Virus record (IMG/VR): IMGVR_UViG_3300032249_000542
Location: 64,001 to 128,000 of that record
Strand: one strand, 5' to 3'
From: a virus
Length of the DNA: 64,000 nt
Below are positions 29,701 through 39,339 of this stretch, piece after piece. Position numbers and translations under genes: made by a program. The notes under the pieces are model-generated. The model did no database searches. It saw only the letters and a program-made list of their open reading frames with translations, and had not been told where the DNA came from. Within the stretch, counting starts at the first letter, position 1. Every line of letters begins with the position of its first letter.

Positions 29701-31423
29701 ATGGATGATTGGATTTAATTGGGGTGGAGGATCAGGTGGTTCAAAATTTGAAGGAACTATTTCTATTGGTGGATCTGTTACTTCAGTAACAGACACGGTT
29801 GATTGTACACTTAACACTTGGAACCATGTAGTTCTTTCTCGTTCTGGTTCTCCAGGAACATTAGCATTATTCGTTAATGGAGTTCGTAAAGCTACAGCAA
29901 CTCCTACAGGTTCACTTATTGATGCTACTAATTCAGTTGGTATAGGTATTCGTGGTGGTACTAATGGTTATTACGCTGACGGAGTGTATATTTCCAATGC
30001 TCGTGTTGTTAATGGAACAGACGTATATGGAGCTACTAATACATCATTTACAGTTCCAACAACACCATTAACAGCAATTACAAACACTTCATTATTAACT
30101 TGTCAAGACAATCAATATAAAGACAATTCACCTAACGGATTAACTTCAACTACTGTAAGTATTCCACAAGTAAAAGCATTCTCACCATTTGCACCTAATA
30201 ACAAATATTCTACTGCAAATACTGGTGGTTCAATATACTTAGATGGTTCAGGTGACCATCTTTATGTTGGACATCCTATTGACTTTTACTTAGGTAATAA
30301 CTCAAGTGGTTATGATTTTTCATTCGAATGTTGGTATTACACTACAACTGCTGCTTTTCAAGGATTACTGTCTAAAAGAACAGGTGGGGTTGCATCGGGT
30401 TGGGAATTTGCAACTTCTGGAATGTATGGGGATTTAAACGGAACTTGGCGTGATTCAAATTCTATAGTTGGAGAAGGAGCAGGTACATATACTTCACAAA
30501 AATATGGACAATGGACACATATTTGTTACACTCGTTCAGGAACAAATGTTAGAATGTTTATTAATGGTAAATTAACATATGTTAAAACAGATATATCCGG
30601 TTACATACAACAACTAACCGATAAGTATTTAACCATAGGTGCTAACGGTGCAAATGGTGGAAATGAAAATTTATTTAATGGTTATATTTCTAGTATGAGA
30701 TTCTGCATTGAATCAATACCTACTGGTTACCAAACAGCTAGCACTACTGCAGGAACACAAATATTTACTCCACCGACTGCTCCGGTTACATTAACATCAC
30801 AAGGAGCTTTGGCAAATTCAGTTGTAATGCTAACAAATTTTAATAATGCAGCTATTGTAGATTCAACTGCAAAAACTATACTTGAAACCACTGGCGAAGC
30901 AAAAGTAAATAATTCCATTTATAAGTATGGAACAGGAGCATTGACATTTGATGGTACCGGAGATTCTTTGTTGTTTCATAATCCAATTGATTTTGCGTTT
31001 GGTATCGGAGATTTTACTGCTGAACTTTGGTTGTATCCAGTTTCGTGGGACTCAAACATGGTTGTGTTAATGGGTTATAGTTCTACTGGATTTGGAATAC
31101 AGAGATATGGTGGTGCTAGTAATCTAGGAATTATTATTAATGGATCATGGGTACTAACAGATGCTACCTTACCTTCCACTGGACAATGGACACATATTGC
31201 TGTTACAAGAACTAGCGGAACATTACGGTTTTTTGTTAATGGGGTAGTTTCAGGAAGCACTCCATCAAACACATCTGACATTAGTGGTGGAATGTACGGT
31301 GTTGCTGGATACTCCGGACAAACTTATTTTAATGGACACATGGAAGATATTCGTATTACCAAAGGTTCATCTCGTTACACAACAACCTTTACTCCTCCAA
31401 CTAGAGGATATCCAGACAAATAA
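26747..31423 (+). CDS. Multi-lectin virion protein: connector + IPT/TIG-like + 3 Ig-like repeats + 5 LamG/ConA-like domains
   Basis: LP.GT...G..RYNT connector. A[TY]DP[ED]G..I.[YF]....G..P three times. Five F..E.W.Y...W.H.....F.[ND]G...I...R units. Confidence 0.8.
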   Translation: MADLRDYTKKNPIFVGTDGIRLPIGTGAQKGASSNVAGTLRYNTDISSIEFFTPSGWIPLGAPPAITTVTPSTFNGTSGSEFTINGSNFSSDVQVYFVTSNGTNILASTVTYIGNSQLKATTPRNITVQEEPISVKVNQPSGIFTKPDCIDAGGLPSWITTAGTLGSIFGANTVNVYVSATDPEGSSISYQITSGSLPAGLSLTSANGLVQGLASSVLANTTYNFTIKANDTATNNTDRAFSYTVLNRAPVINTAAGSLGTIYSGNAASATISAYDPDGGSITFAVASGSLPANSSLGTANGVIQGTPILVTTNTTYTFSISTTDEGSLSASNTYTYTVLNRPPLWNTNPTLTTINGADPYTPITINAYDPDGASITYSLTSGAVPSGLTFVTANATLTGTPDEVESNTTSTFVVTATDVGSDANARTFSLTVTPIVDAQFSNTVLLLHGDGNTSIRDASSDNRPLTVFGDVKTTNFSPFSNTAYGSYSGNFGMAAGNLYYPDSDAYTLGSADFAIEFWWYPTNISSETDMFGQWSSGGNDESWLIHCRSSTFGLSYVTDGSSDIYVESGTKPTLGRWNHIVVCRNSNTISIFIDGVRTATGSESGAISNSTRVWCVGGRGGSSYGRINGMISDFRIVKGNGLSPYNATSSTLTVPTAPLQDIAGTSFHIFNRARGFTDTITGNIPTVVDAVLLTAKSPFGNTEADTTTGSMYFDGSGDYLSLGAPYNFGSNNFTVEGWFYLTTISGTQSLWGSSNGGGGQSKLQVYVSSGNITLDFNGSAVVAATAATYLVPGTWNHVAYCRGGTGSNQTAVFINGVRAAVGTLGSQTGITDHFKIGNSEAGVIAASYISNFRIVDGTDVYGYTNTTYTVPTTPLTNITNTKLLTLQNRQPHNNHGFIDSSRTKSLITRNGNPSQGTFTPFSADSGKWSAYFNGSSGVRFPDSSVFSMGTNPFTIEAWVYVTKTQGAGYSIISQWIDGNDSNSSWMIGFNWGGGSGGSKFEGTISIGGSVTSVTDTVDCTLNTWNHVVLSRSGSPGTLALFVNGVRKATATPTGSLIDATNSVGIGIRGGTNGYYADGVYISNARVVNGTDVYGATNTSFTVPTTPLTAITNTSLLTCQDNQYKDNSPNGLTSTTVSIPQVKAFSPFAPNNKYSTANTGGSIYLDGSGDHLYVGHPIDFYLGNNSSGYDFSFECWYYTTTAAFQGLLSKRTGGVASGWEFATSGMYGDLNGTWRDSNSIVGEGAGTYTSQKYGQWTHICYTRSGTNVRMFINGKLTYVKTDISGYIQQLTDKYLTIGANGANGGNENLFNGYISSMRFCIESIPTGYQTASTTAGTQIFTPPTAPVTLTSQGALANSVVMLTNFNNAAIVDSTAKTILETTGEAKVNNSIYKYGTGALTFDGTGDSLLFHNPIDFAFGIGDFTAELWLYPVSWDSNMVVLMGYSSTGFGIQRYGGASNLGIIINGSWVLTDATLPSTGQWTHIAVTRTSGTLRFFVNGVVSGSTPSNTSDISGGMYGVAGYSGQTYFNGHMEDIRITKGSSRYTTTFTPPTRGYPDK

Positions 31424-31426
31424 GAT

Positions 31427-33097
31427 ATGGCAACTACAAAATCATCTAATACGGTAGTAAATATTAAACAAGTACCTATTGCTTTTGCACAGGCTAATAC
31501 TGCATTTGCATCTGCAAACAATGTAGCTCCACAAATACAACCTGCGTTTAGTACAGCTAATTCAGCAGGACTTTATGCTAACGCATCTTTCTTACATGCT
31601 AACAATGCTTATGTACGTGCAAACAATTCTCTTAATGCAAACGTGGGTGGAACAGTTACTGGTAATGTTGTAGTCATTGGTAATGTGGTATCAGATGCAT
31701 TCCAAACATCTGGACCTGCTGGTGACATTACTGGTGCTAATGCAATATTCGCAAATTACATTTTTGCAAGTAACACAAATTTACACTTACTTGCAAACTC
31801 ATCATATGCACAAGCAAATGCTGCATTCAACGCTGCGAATAATGCATCAGATTCATGGGTACGTAATCAAGCAAATCTTGCTTTTGACAAAGCGAATACT
31901 TCATTATCAAACACTAATTTAAATGTTTTTGGAACACTCAGAATGTTAAATCAAAGTGGTGATGAAGGTGGTGAATTATTTTTAGATAAACCAGTATCAA
32001 ATACATCTTTAGCAGCTGGTGTAACAGTTGATATTTTTCAAAATAAATTAAGAATTTTCGAAACTGGTGGTAGTATTCGTGGTGCTTTTATTGACATAGC
32101 TAATACTACTGCTAACGGAGTTGGTAGTGAAATAGTAAAGTATGATGCAAATAATTCATCTACTGGATTCCTCTCACTACCTAATGGAACAACAGCACAA
32201 CGTCCCGCATCAACTGCTAACGGCGTTATGAGATACAACACTAGTAATAATGTAGTAGAAGTTTATATGCCTACTGCTGGATGGACAATTATTGCTTCTG
32301 ATAGTCTTATTGTAGATTATTTAATAGTCGGTGGAGGTGGTGCTGGTGGTTCTGGTCACGCAGGAGGTGGAGGTGCTGGTGGTTATATATCTGGTTCATC
32401 ATTAACAGTATATAAAGGTACATCTTATCCTGCTGTAGTTGGTGCTGGTGGAACAGGAGCTACTTATAACTCATCTGCTCCATCAGTCGGATCAAACACT
32501 TCTATTTTTGGATATACTGCGATACGTGGTGGATACGGTGGAGGACAAAATCAACCGGGTATTGCAAAGGATGGTACATCAGGTGGTTCAGGTGGTGGCG
32601 GTGGAAATACAACTAGTGGAGCTGGTGATGGTGGTGCAGGAACACCGGGACAAGGTTTCCCAGGTGGAATCGGTTCTGGTGGAAACTCATGGTCTGGTGC
32701 TGGTGGAGGTGGTGCAAGTGCAGCTGGATCAAACAATCCAAATTCTAGTACCGGTGGTGCTGGAGGAGCCGGAATTGAATGGATTAATAGTGTTGCTTAC
32801 GCTGGTGGTGGTGGCGGAGGTGGTGGAAGTCCAGCTGATGATACTGGTGGTGCTGGTGGATTTGGTGGAGGTGGTCCAGGAGTGGCGGGTGGATCACGAA
32901 CTGCAACATCAGGAACAACCAATCGTGGAGGTGGAGGTGGAGGATCAAGAGATGGTCCCGCAGGAAATGGTGGTTCTGGTGTAATAATTGTTCGTTACCC
33001 TGGAACAACAGAAAGAGCTTCTGGTGGAACAATAACAACATCAGGCGGATATACATATCATACGTTTACAGGTTCAGGAACTTTTTTACCAACATAA
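31427..33097 (+). CDS. Fibre with AN heptads, connector and Gly-rich C-terminal head
   Basis: LPNGTTAQRP...RYNT then YLIVGGGG...GSGVIIVRY...GG.....GGYTYHTFTGSGTF. Confidence 0.7.
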   Translation: MATTKSSNTVVNIKQVPIAFAQANTAFASANNVAPQIQPAFSTANSAGLYANASFLHANNAYVRANNSLNANVGGTVTGNVVVIGNVVSDAFQTSGPAGDITGANAIFANYIFASNTNLHLLANSSYAQANAAFNAANNASDSWVRNQANLAFDKANTSLSNTNLNVFGTLRMLNQSGDEGGELFLDKPVSNTSLAAGVTVDIFQNKLRIFETGGSIRGAFIDIANTTANGVGSEIVKYDANNSSTGFLSLPNGTTAQRPASTANGVMRYNTSNNVVEVYMPTAGWTIIASDSLIVDYLIVGGGGAGGSGHAGGGGAGGYISGSSLTVYKGTSYPAVVGAGGTGATYNSSAPSVGSNTSIFGYTAIRGGYGGGQNQPGIAKDGTSGGSGGGGGNTTSGAGDGGAGTPGQGFPGGIGSGGNSWSGAGGGGASAAGSNNPNSSTGGAGGAGIEWINSVAYAGGGGGGGGSPADDTGGAGGFGGGGPGVAGGSRTATSGTTNRGGGGGGSRDGPAGNGGSGVIIVRYPGTTERASGGTITTSGGYTYHTFTGSGTFLPT

Positions 33098-33103
33098 AAG
33101 AAT

Positions 33104-36100
33104 ATGTCAAAAGCTTACGATAACGCAAAAGAATTAGAGTACATTAGTTTCGACTCTACAAATAATAAAATAAATTTCAGTATTGGAATTTCTACAAACA
33201 ATGCTCCTGTTGCTGCAAGTGTCTATGATGCAAACACAACATCTAATGGTTCCTTTACATTACCTGCGGGTAATACTGCATCACGTCCTGCTTCAGCTGC
33301 AAACGGTGCAATTCGTTTTAATACAACGATTGGTGCAGGAGAAATGTATTTTGAAAAGAGTGGATGGTCGACTTTTGTAGGTGAACCATTAATTACTAGT
33401 GTAAGTCCTGAAACATTTAACGGAACATCTGGAACAGCATTTGAGATTATAGGTGTACGATTTGACCAAGACGCACAGATTTATTTTGTAGCAGCTAACG
33501 GAACATCTTATCTTGCTGGATCAACAGCATTCTATTCTCCAACACGTATTGTTGCAACTACTCCTAGAACTTTTACTGTTGCATATGAACCATTGAGTGT
33601 TAAGATTGTTCAAAACTCTGGAACATATACAAAAGAAAATGCAATTGATTGCGGTGGAGTTCCTTCTTGGATTACTACTGCTGGAAATTTAGGTACTATC
33701 TTTGGTGCAAATACAGTTAATGTATATGTGTCTGCAACGGATCCAGATGGTAATGCAATCAGTTATTCTATTACATCTGGTTCATTACCATCAGGTTTAA
33801 CATTAACAAGTGCTAATGGATTGATTCAAGGATTGAATCCAGGAGTAACAACAAATACAACATACAACTTTACAATTACTGCAACGGATGCTGTTAATAA
33901 TACAGACCGTGCATTTAATTATGTCATTTTAAATCGTCCACCAGTTTGGAATACTGCTGCAACTTTATCGGACATTACTGACGATAACGTATCTTCTTAT
34001 GTAGCAAATACAACTGTCAATGCATACGACCCAGATGGTGGTTCAATATCTTATACATTAGCTAGTGGTTCATTACCAGCAGGTATGACATTCGTTACCG
34101 CTAATGGTGCGTTAGTAGGTCCGGTTACTCCAGTTGATTCTAACACTACAAGCACATTTACTGTTACTGCAACTGACGTTGGAAGTTTAACAAACACTAG
34201 AACATTTAGTTTAACAGTACAATCACCATTACCAGATGATAATTTTGCCAATACCGTATTATTACTACGTACAAATTCGGACACAGTAATTAAAGAATCA
34301 TCGACAAACAATTTACCAATAACTGTCCTTGCTGATTCTAGAGCATCTAATTTTAATCCATATAATACTTCATGGTCGGGTTATTTTGACGGATCAAGTT
34401 CTATTAGAACTGTTGCAAATCCAAATTTAGCTATTGGTACTGGAGATGTGACTGTTGAATTTTGGATGAACACATTTGATAATAGTGATAATGGAATTTT
34501 TGGAACAACAAATGAAGCTGCATGGAATGATAATTCTTGGTCATTTATTTATAGTGATAGTCAAATATCTTTATATAACGGTAATGTTGGTGGTGTTTTT
34601 TGGAGTATAGCAACAGGAACTTTACATGATGGTAATTGGCACCATATAGCAATCGTCAGAAGCAGTGGAACGTGGCAAGTGTTTGTTAATGGAGTATCTA
34701 AAGGTACAACCACAACACAAGGATCTAGAAGTTTAGGTAACAATACGTGGCGTTTTGCTGTTGGTTGTATTGAGCCAAGTAATGCGGACCTTAAATTCAC
34801 AGGTTATATTTCAAACTTTAGACTTAATAATACAGCCCTATATTCCTCAAACTTTACACCAAGCACAACACCATTAACTGCAATTACTGGAACAACATTA
34901 CTTACTTGCCAGTCAAATCGTTTTGTTGACAATAAGACTTCACCAACATCATTTACTGCTGGTAGTTTTCCACAAATTGTTGGACTAAGTCCATTTGCAG
35001 AAACAGATACATCAAATGGATCAATGTACTTTGACGGTACCGGAGATTATTTAACCATTCCAAATAATACGGCTTTTAGCTATAATAGCACATTTTCAGC
35101 TGAGTTATGGTACTACTCAACACATACTAGTTGTACAGATGTAATTCCTTTTTCGGGAAATGGTAATTGGGACTTTATTATTCCAGCTGCGACAACTGTT
35201 GCCTTTAGATGGTTTGTTCCAGGTTATGGTGACACAAACGCACATACGATGATACCAAGTAGTTGGAATCACATTGCAGTAGCGGTAAGTGGAGGAAGAC
35301 TATCTTTTTACCTTAACGGTACTAGAATGTATACTAATGATGCTGTATCATTTTCTCTTGGCGGAAGTGATCCTTCAAGAATAGGTTATGGTAGTAACAG
35401 TATAATGAAAGGTTATATATCAAATGTTCGTGTTACTAGAGGATCAACACCATATGATCCAACACAAACAACTATTACTGTACCAACTTCACCATTAACT
35501 ACAGTTTCTGGAACTACATTTTTAACTTTACAGAATCGTAAAGGACACAATAATCATGCATTTATTGACGAATCAAAAAGTAAATCTTTAATTACTCGTT
35601 TTGGTAATACAACACAAGGTACATTTACTCCGTTTAGTCAGACAGGGTGGAGTAATTATTTTACTTCCGCTGGACTTTCAATACCTTATGCCGATGCTTT
35701 GCAATTACAAAACACAAACTGGACTATTGAGAGTTATTTTAATCTGTCTAGTGCGTCAGCAGAATTTTGTGTTATGGGTGCATCAAACGGTGGTGGTGGC
35801 GTACCTAAATATTTTATGGGTGGGAACTGGAATACTTCGTTTGGTTATACAGCAAATAGAGCGACATTTTTTACTTACACCTCCGGAGGTAGTAGATTTA
35901 TAGACGTTCCATTCACTTGGGAAATTGGTCGATGGTATCACATGGCGGCTGTTTATACTCATTCAAACACAACTATCACTCTTTACATAAATGGTGTAAG
36001 TGTTGGAAGTATGGTTTTCGGTATAGATAATTGCACAGGAAATATACTAATTGGAAGAAACGGTGAAAATGGTGGGGTTATAAATGGTTATATATCTAAT

Positions 36101-37537
36101 TTTAGATATATCGTAGGAACATCACTTTACACGACTAACTTCACTCCAAGCATTACACCACTAACAGCAATTACCAATACACAAATTCTTACGTGTCAGT
36201 CAAATAGGTTTATAGATAATAGCGCAAGTAATCGTACAGTATCCGTAGCTACTGGATCTCCATCAGTCCAAGCCTTCAGTCCATTTGCTCCAAACACAGC
36301 ATACTCTGTTGCGAACACAGGAGGATCATTTTATAATCAAGCTGCTGGTGATGGCTTAAAGTTTCTTACATCAAATCATTCTTTTGGTATTAATGGGGAC
36401 TTTACAATAGAGATGTGGTACTATCCAACAGGACAAACTGGAGATTATAATTTACTTTGGGCTCTTACAAATAGCACTTCGGATGACAATCCATCAATAG
36501 GATTCTTTTTTAATTCCTCTTATAATTTATTCTGGTTAAATAATGGTGGAGGAGGAAACGGATTTGATGCCGGAACTGGTATTAATATAGTTCCTTTTCA
36601 ATGGACTCATATTGTAATCTCACGTTCAGGAGCAAACACTCGTTGTTGGACTAATGGCAAATTAAGAATTAGTAATTGGGGTGTTAGTGCTATTAATACT
36701 AGTAAAAGATTTTTATATGTTGGAATGGATCGTACCGCTTCAGTCACAACTCCCGGGTATACTTCAGGGTTTAGATTTGTAAACGGAAACGCATTATATT
36801 CTGGAGCAAGTGATTTCACACCACCGTCTGCACCACCTACCGCAGTTGCAAATACTGTCGCATTAATAAATGGAACTAATGCTGGAATTTATGATGGTAC
36901 TGGTAAAATCAATTTTAGAACAGTTGGTGATGCAAGGGCAAATACATCAAACGCTAAATTTGGTTTATCAAGTTTTTCAGCTGGAACAACAGTCGATACT
37001 GGAAGTTATCTATCGACAAATGACATTTACCTTCCAGAATTTGGTACTGGAAATTTTACGGTAGAAGCGTGGGTTAGATTAGACACCACAACATTTGACC
37101 ATACTGCTATTGGCCCAATAGTTAGTTATGGTAATGGTGGAGGAAATGGTCCGTTAGGAACATATTCTGCTTGGCAACTTGATATTTTAAATGGTGGAGC
37201 TGGTTTAAAATTCTACAGATATGATGGATCTGAAACTATACAAACTTTTTCTGGAACAATTAATGCAAATAGATGGTATCATGTTGCTATATGTAGATCA
37301 GGAACATCATTAAGAGCATTTATTGATGGAACTCAAATTGGATCAACAGCTACATCTAGTACAAATTATTCTAGAGTTAATGGAACAAATAGAATTTTGG
37401 TTGGTGTACAATCTGGTGGTGGTGGAAATGCTCAGTATTATAGATTCCCAGGATTAATTCAAGAACTTCGTGTTACTAAATCAGCACGTTACACAACAAA
37501 CTTTACACCAGAAACTAAAGCATTTCCAAACAAATAA
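33104..37537 (+). CDS. Multi-lectin virion protein, paralogue of 26747-31423 (2 Ig-like repeats, 5 LamG-like domains)
   Basis: Collinear with 26747-31423 and shares linkers such as IFGANTVNVYVSATDP, LTLQNR..HNNH.FID.S and QGTFTPFS. Confidence 0.8.
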   Translation: MSKAYDNAKELEYISFDSTNNKINFSIGISTNNAPVAASVYDANTTSNGSFTLPAGNTASRPASAANGAIRFNTTIGAGEMYFEKSGWSTFVGEPLITSVSPETFNGTSGTAFEIIGVRFDQDAQIYFVAANGTSYLAGSTAFYSPTRIVATTPRTFTVAYEPLSVKIVQNSGTYTKENAIDCGGVPSWITTAGNLGTIFGANTVNVYVSATDPDGNAISYSITSGSLPSGLTLTSANGLIQGLNPGVTTNTTYNFTITATDAVNNTDRAFNYVILNRPPVWNTAATLSDITDDNVSSYVANTTVNAYDPDGGSISYTLASGSLPAGMTFVTANGALVGPVTPVDSNTTSTFTVTATDVGSLTNTRTFSLTVQSPLPDDNFANTVLLLRTNSDTVIKESSTNNLPITVLADSRASNFNPYNTSWSGYFDGSSSIRTVANPNLAIGTGDVTVEFWMNTFDNSDNGIFGTTNEAAWNDNSWSFIYSDSQISLYNGNVGGVFWSIATGTLHDGNWHHIAIVRSSGTWQVFVNGVSKGTTTTQGSRSLGNNTWRFAVGCIEPSNADLKFTGYISNFRLNNTALYSSNFTPSTTPLTAITGTTLLTCQSNRFVDNKTSPTSFTAGSFPQIVGLSPFAETDTSNGSMYFDGTGDYLTIPNNTAFSYNSTFSAELWYYSTHTSCTDVIPFSGNGNWDFIIPAATTVAFRWFVPGYGDTNAHTMIPSSWNHIAVAVSGGRLSFYLNGTRMYTNDAVSFSLGGSDPSRIGYGSNSIMKGYISNVRVTRGSTPYDPTQTTITVPTSPLTTVSGTTFLTLQNRKGHNNHAFIDESKSKSLITRFGNTTQGTFTPFSQTGWSNYFTSAGLSIPYADALQLQNTNWTIESYFNLSSASAEFCVMGASNGGGGVPKYFMGGNWNTSFGYTANRATFFTYTSGGSRFIDVPFTWEIGRWYHMAAVYTHSNTTITLYINGVSVGSMVFGIDNCTGNILIGRNGENGGVINGYISNFRYIVGTSLYTTNFTPSITPLTAITNTQILTCQSNRFIDNSASNRTVSVATGSPSVQAFSPFAPNTAYSVANTGGSFYNQAAGDGLKFLTSNHSFGINGDFTIEMWYYPTGQTGDYNLLWALTNSTSDDNPSIGFFFNSSYNLFWLNNGGGGNGFDAGTGINIVPFQWTHIVISRSGANTRCWTNGKLRISNWGVSAINTSKRFLYVGMDRTASVTTPGYTSGFRFVNGNALYSGASDFTPPSAPPTAVANTVALINGTNAGIYDGTGKINFRTVGDARANTSNAKFGLSSFSAGTTVDTGSYLSTNDIYLPEFGTGNFTVEAWVRLDTTTFDHTAIGPIVSYGNGGGNGPLGTYSAWQLDILNGGAGLKFYRYDGSETIQTFSGTINANRWYHVAICRSGTSLRAFIDGTQIGSTATSSTNYSRVNGTNRILVGVQSGGGGNAQYYRFPGLIQELRVTKSARYTTNFTPETKAFPNK

Positions 37538-37540
37538 ATA
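37533..37540 (+). promoter_or_regulatory. Late promoter (AATAAATA)
   Basis: Overlaps the upstream stop codon. Followed by AGGAG SD and ATG 37583. Confidence 0.6.
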
Positions 37541-37582
37541 GAGTATAAAACAACATTTATATCTTAATAGGAGAAAATAGTA

Positions 37583-37948
37583 ATGGCACATTTTGCAAAA
37601 CTTGGTATTGATAACATAGTGCTAGAAGTATTGGTTGTCAATAATGTAGATACGATGACTCCACAAGGAGAAGAAAGAGAAGAAGTTGGTGTAGAGTTTC
37701 TTAAAAAATTAACAGGTCATGAGGTCTGGAAAAAAACTTCATATAACGGAAACATTCGTAAGAACTATGCAGGTATAGGTTATACGTATGACACTTCCCG
37801 TGATGCATTCATTCCACCTAAACCATATCCTTCATGGACATTAAACGAAACTACTTGTCTATGGAACGCACCTGTTGCATATCCAACAGACGATAAACAT
37901 TATATTTGGAATGAAGAAACTACCAGTTGGGTAGAAACAACTTACTAA
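37583..37948 (+). CDS. Small conserved fibre-associated protein
   Basis: MAHFAKL...V..V.VV.N...W..TSYN...RKNYAGIGY.YD...DAFI.PKP..SW.LNE, a family often seen beside Gly-rich fibre genes. Confidence 0.7.
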   Translation: MAHFAKLGIDNIVLEVLVVNNVDTMTPQGEEREEVGVEFLKKLTGHEVWKKTSYNGNIRKNYAGIGYTYDTSRDAFIPPKPYPSWTLNETTCLWNAPVAYPTDDKHYIWNEETTSWVETTY

Positions 37949-37962
37949 TAAGTGTAAAATAA

Positions 37963-39327
37963 ATGGCATCTAAGGTCTATGACAATATAGTTGAATTAAG
38001 TAAAATTCAATATATTTCTGGTAATAATACTATAAACTTTATCGGTACTCCTATTAATAATGGAGCTGCTATTGTTGATGCAACCGCCGGTCTATATGCT
38101 AATGGTGCGTTTTTACAATCTAATTCATCATTTAGTACGGCAAACTCTGCGTCACTTTATGCCAACGGTTCTTTTGCACAAGCTAATGCTGCGTTTAATT
38201 CTGCAAACAATGTAGCACCACAAATACAACCTGCGTTTAGTACGGCAAATTCTGCGGCACTTTATGCTAATGCTGCATTTATAAAAGCAAACACACCATC
38301 GGATGTTGCAAACTCTGCGGCACTTTATGCTAACGGTGCTTTTGTAAAAGCAAATTCTGGAGCTCAGTATGATGCGAACTCAACATCAACTGGATATTTT
38401 TCAATGCCAATTGGAACAACAGCAGAACGTCCGGCTTCACCAATTGCAGGTTCAATCAGATACAATACTACATTAGGTAGAATAGAAGGATATACTGCCG
38501 GTGCCGGATGGCAAAATATTCTCTCAGATCAGTACACCATCCAATACTTAGTTGTTGCTGGTGGTGGTGCAGGTGGTGGAGGTAATAATGGTGAAGGTTC
38601 TGGTGGAGGTGGAGGTGCTGGAGGTTTAGTTCAGTCATCTTTAGTTGTTACTCCTGGAAATGAATATCCAATCGTTATTGGAGCCGGTGGTAGTAGTGGT
38701 CCAACTGGTGATGCTGGAAATGCTGGTGGAAACACAACTGCATTTTCTCAAACTGCTATTGGAGGTGGACGAGGATCACAGGGTCATGCTGCAGGTGGTC
38801 AGAATGCTACTAGTGGTGGATCAGGTGGTGGTGGTGGTGCTTTTGGTAATAGTTCTGGTGCTGGAACTCCTGGGCAAGGTAACCCTGGTGGTAATCCTGG
38901 AGCTCCTCCTGGTGGTTCAAGTGGAGGCGGCGGTGGTGGTGCAGGTGCTTCAGGTGGTGCTGGTTCAGGCGGTGGTGCAGGTGCTGGTGGTGTAGGACTT
39001 GAATGGCAATCACTTGGAACATTCTATGCTGGCGGCGGTGGTGGCGGAGGATGGAATGGAGGTCCTGGTGGAGCTGGCGGTAGCGGAGGTGGTGGTCAAG
39101 GTGGTGCTCCTAATGGTTCCGGACAAACTGGTGGTAGCCCAAACACCGGTGGAGGTGGTGGTGCTGGTGGAGAAAATCCAGCTAGCACTTCAGTAGGTGG
39201 TGCGGGTGGCTCAGGAATAGTCATCGTTCGTTATACGGGAACACAAAGAGGTAATGGTGGAACCATCAGTCAATCAGGTGGTTATACATATCATACGTTT
39301 ACAGGTTCAGGAACATTCACAGCTTAA
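37963..39327 (+). CDS. Fibre with AN heptads, connector and Gly-rich head
   Basis: MPIGTTAERP...RYNT, YLVVAGGG...GSGIVIVRY...GGYTYHTFTGSGTF. Confidence 0.7.
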   Translation: MASKVYDNIVELSKIQYISGNNTINFIGTPINNGAAIVDATAGLYANGAFLQSNSSFSTANSASLYANGSFAQANAAFNSANNVAPQIQPAFSTANSAALYANAAFIKANTPSDVANSAALYANGAFVKANSGAQYDANSTSTGYFSMPIGTTAERPASPIAGSIRYNTTLGRIEGYTAGAGWQNILSDQYTIQYLVVAGGGAGGGGNNGEGSGGGGGAGGLVQSSLVVTPGNEYPIVIGAGGSSGPTGDAGNAGGNTTAFSQTAIGGGRGSQGHAAGGQNATSGGSGGGGGAFGNSSGAGTPGQGNPGGNPGAPPGGSSGGGGGGAGASGGAGSGGGAGAGGVGLEWQSLGTFYAGGGGGGGWNGGPGGAGGSGGGGQGGAPNGSGQTGGSPNTGGGGGAGGENPASTSVGGAGGSGIVIVRYTGTQRGNGGTISQSGGYTYHTFTGSGTFTA

Positions 39328-39334
39328 CTAAATA
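39327..39334 (+). promoter_or_regulatory. Late promoter (ACTAAATA)
   Basis: Intergenic, 5 nt before ATG 39340. Confidence 0.55.
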
Positions 39335-39339
39335 ACTAA

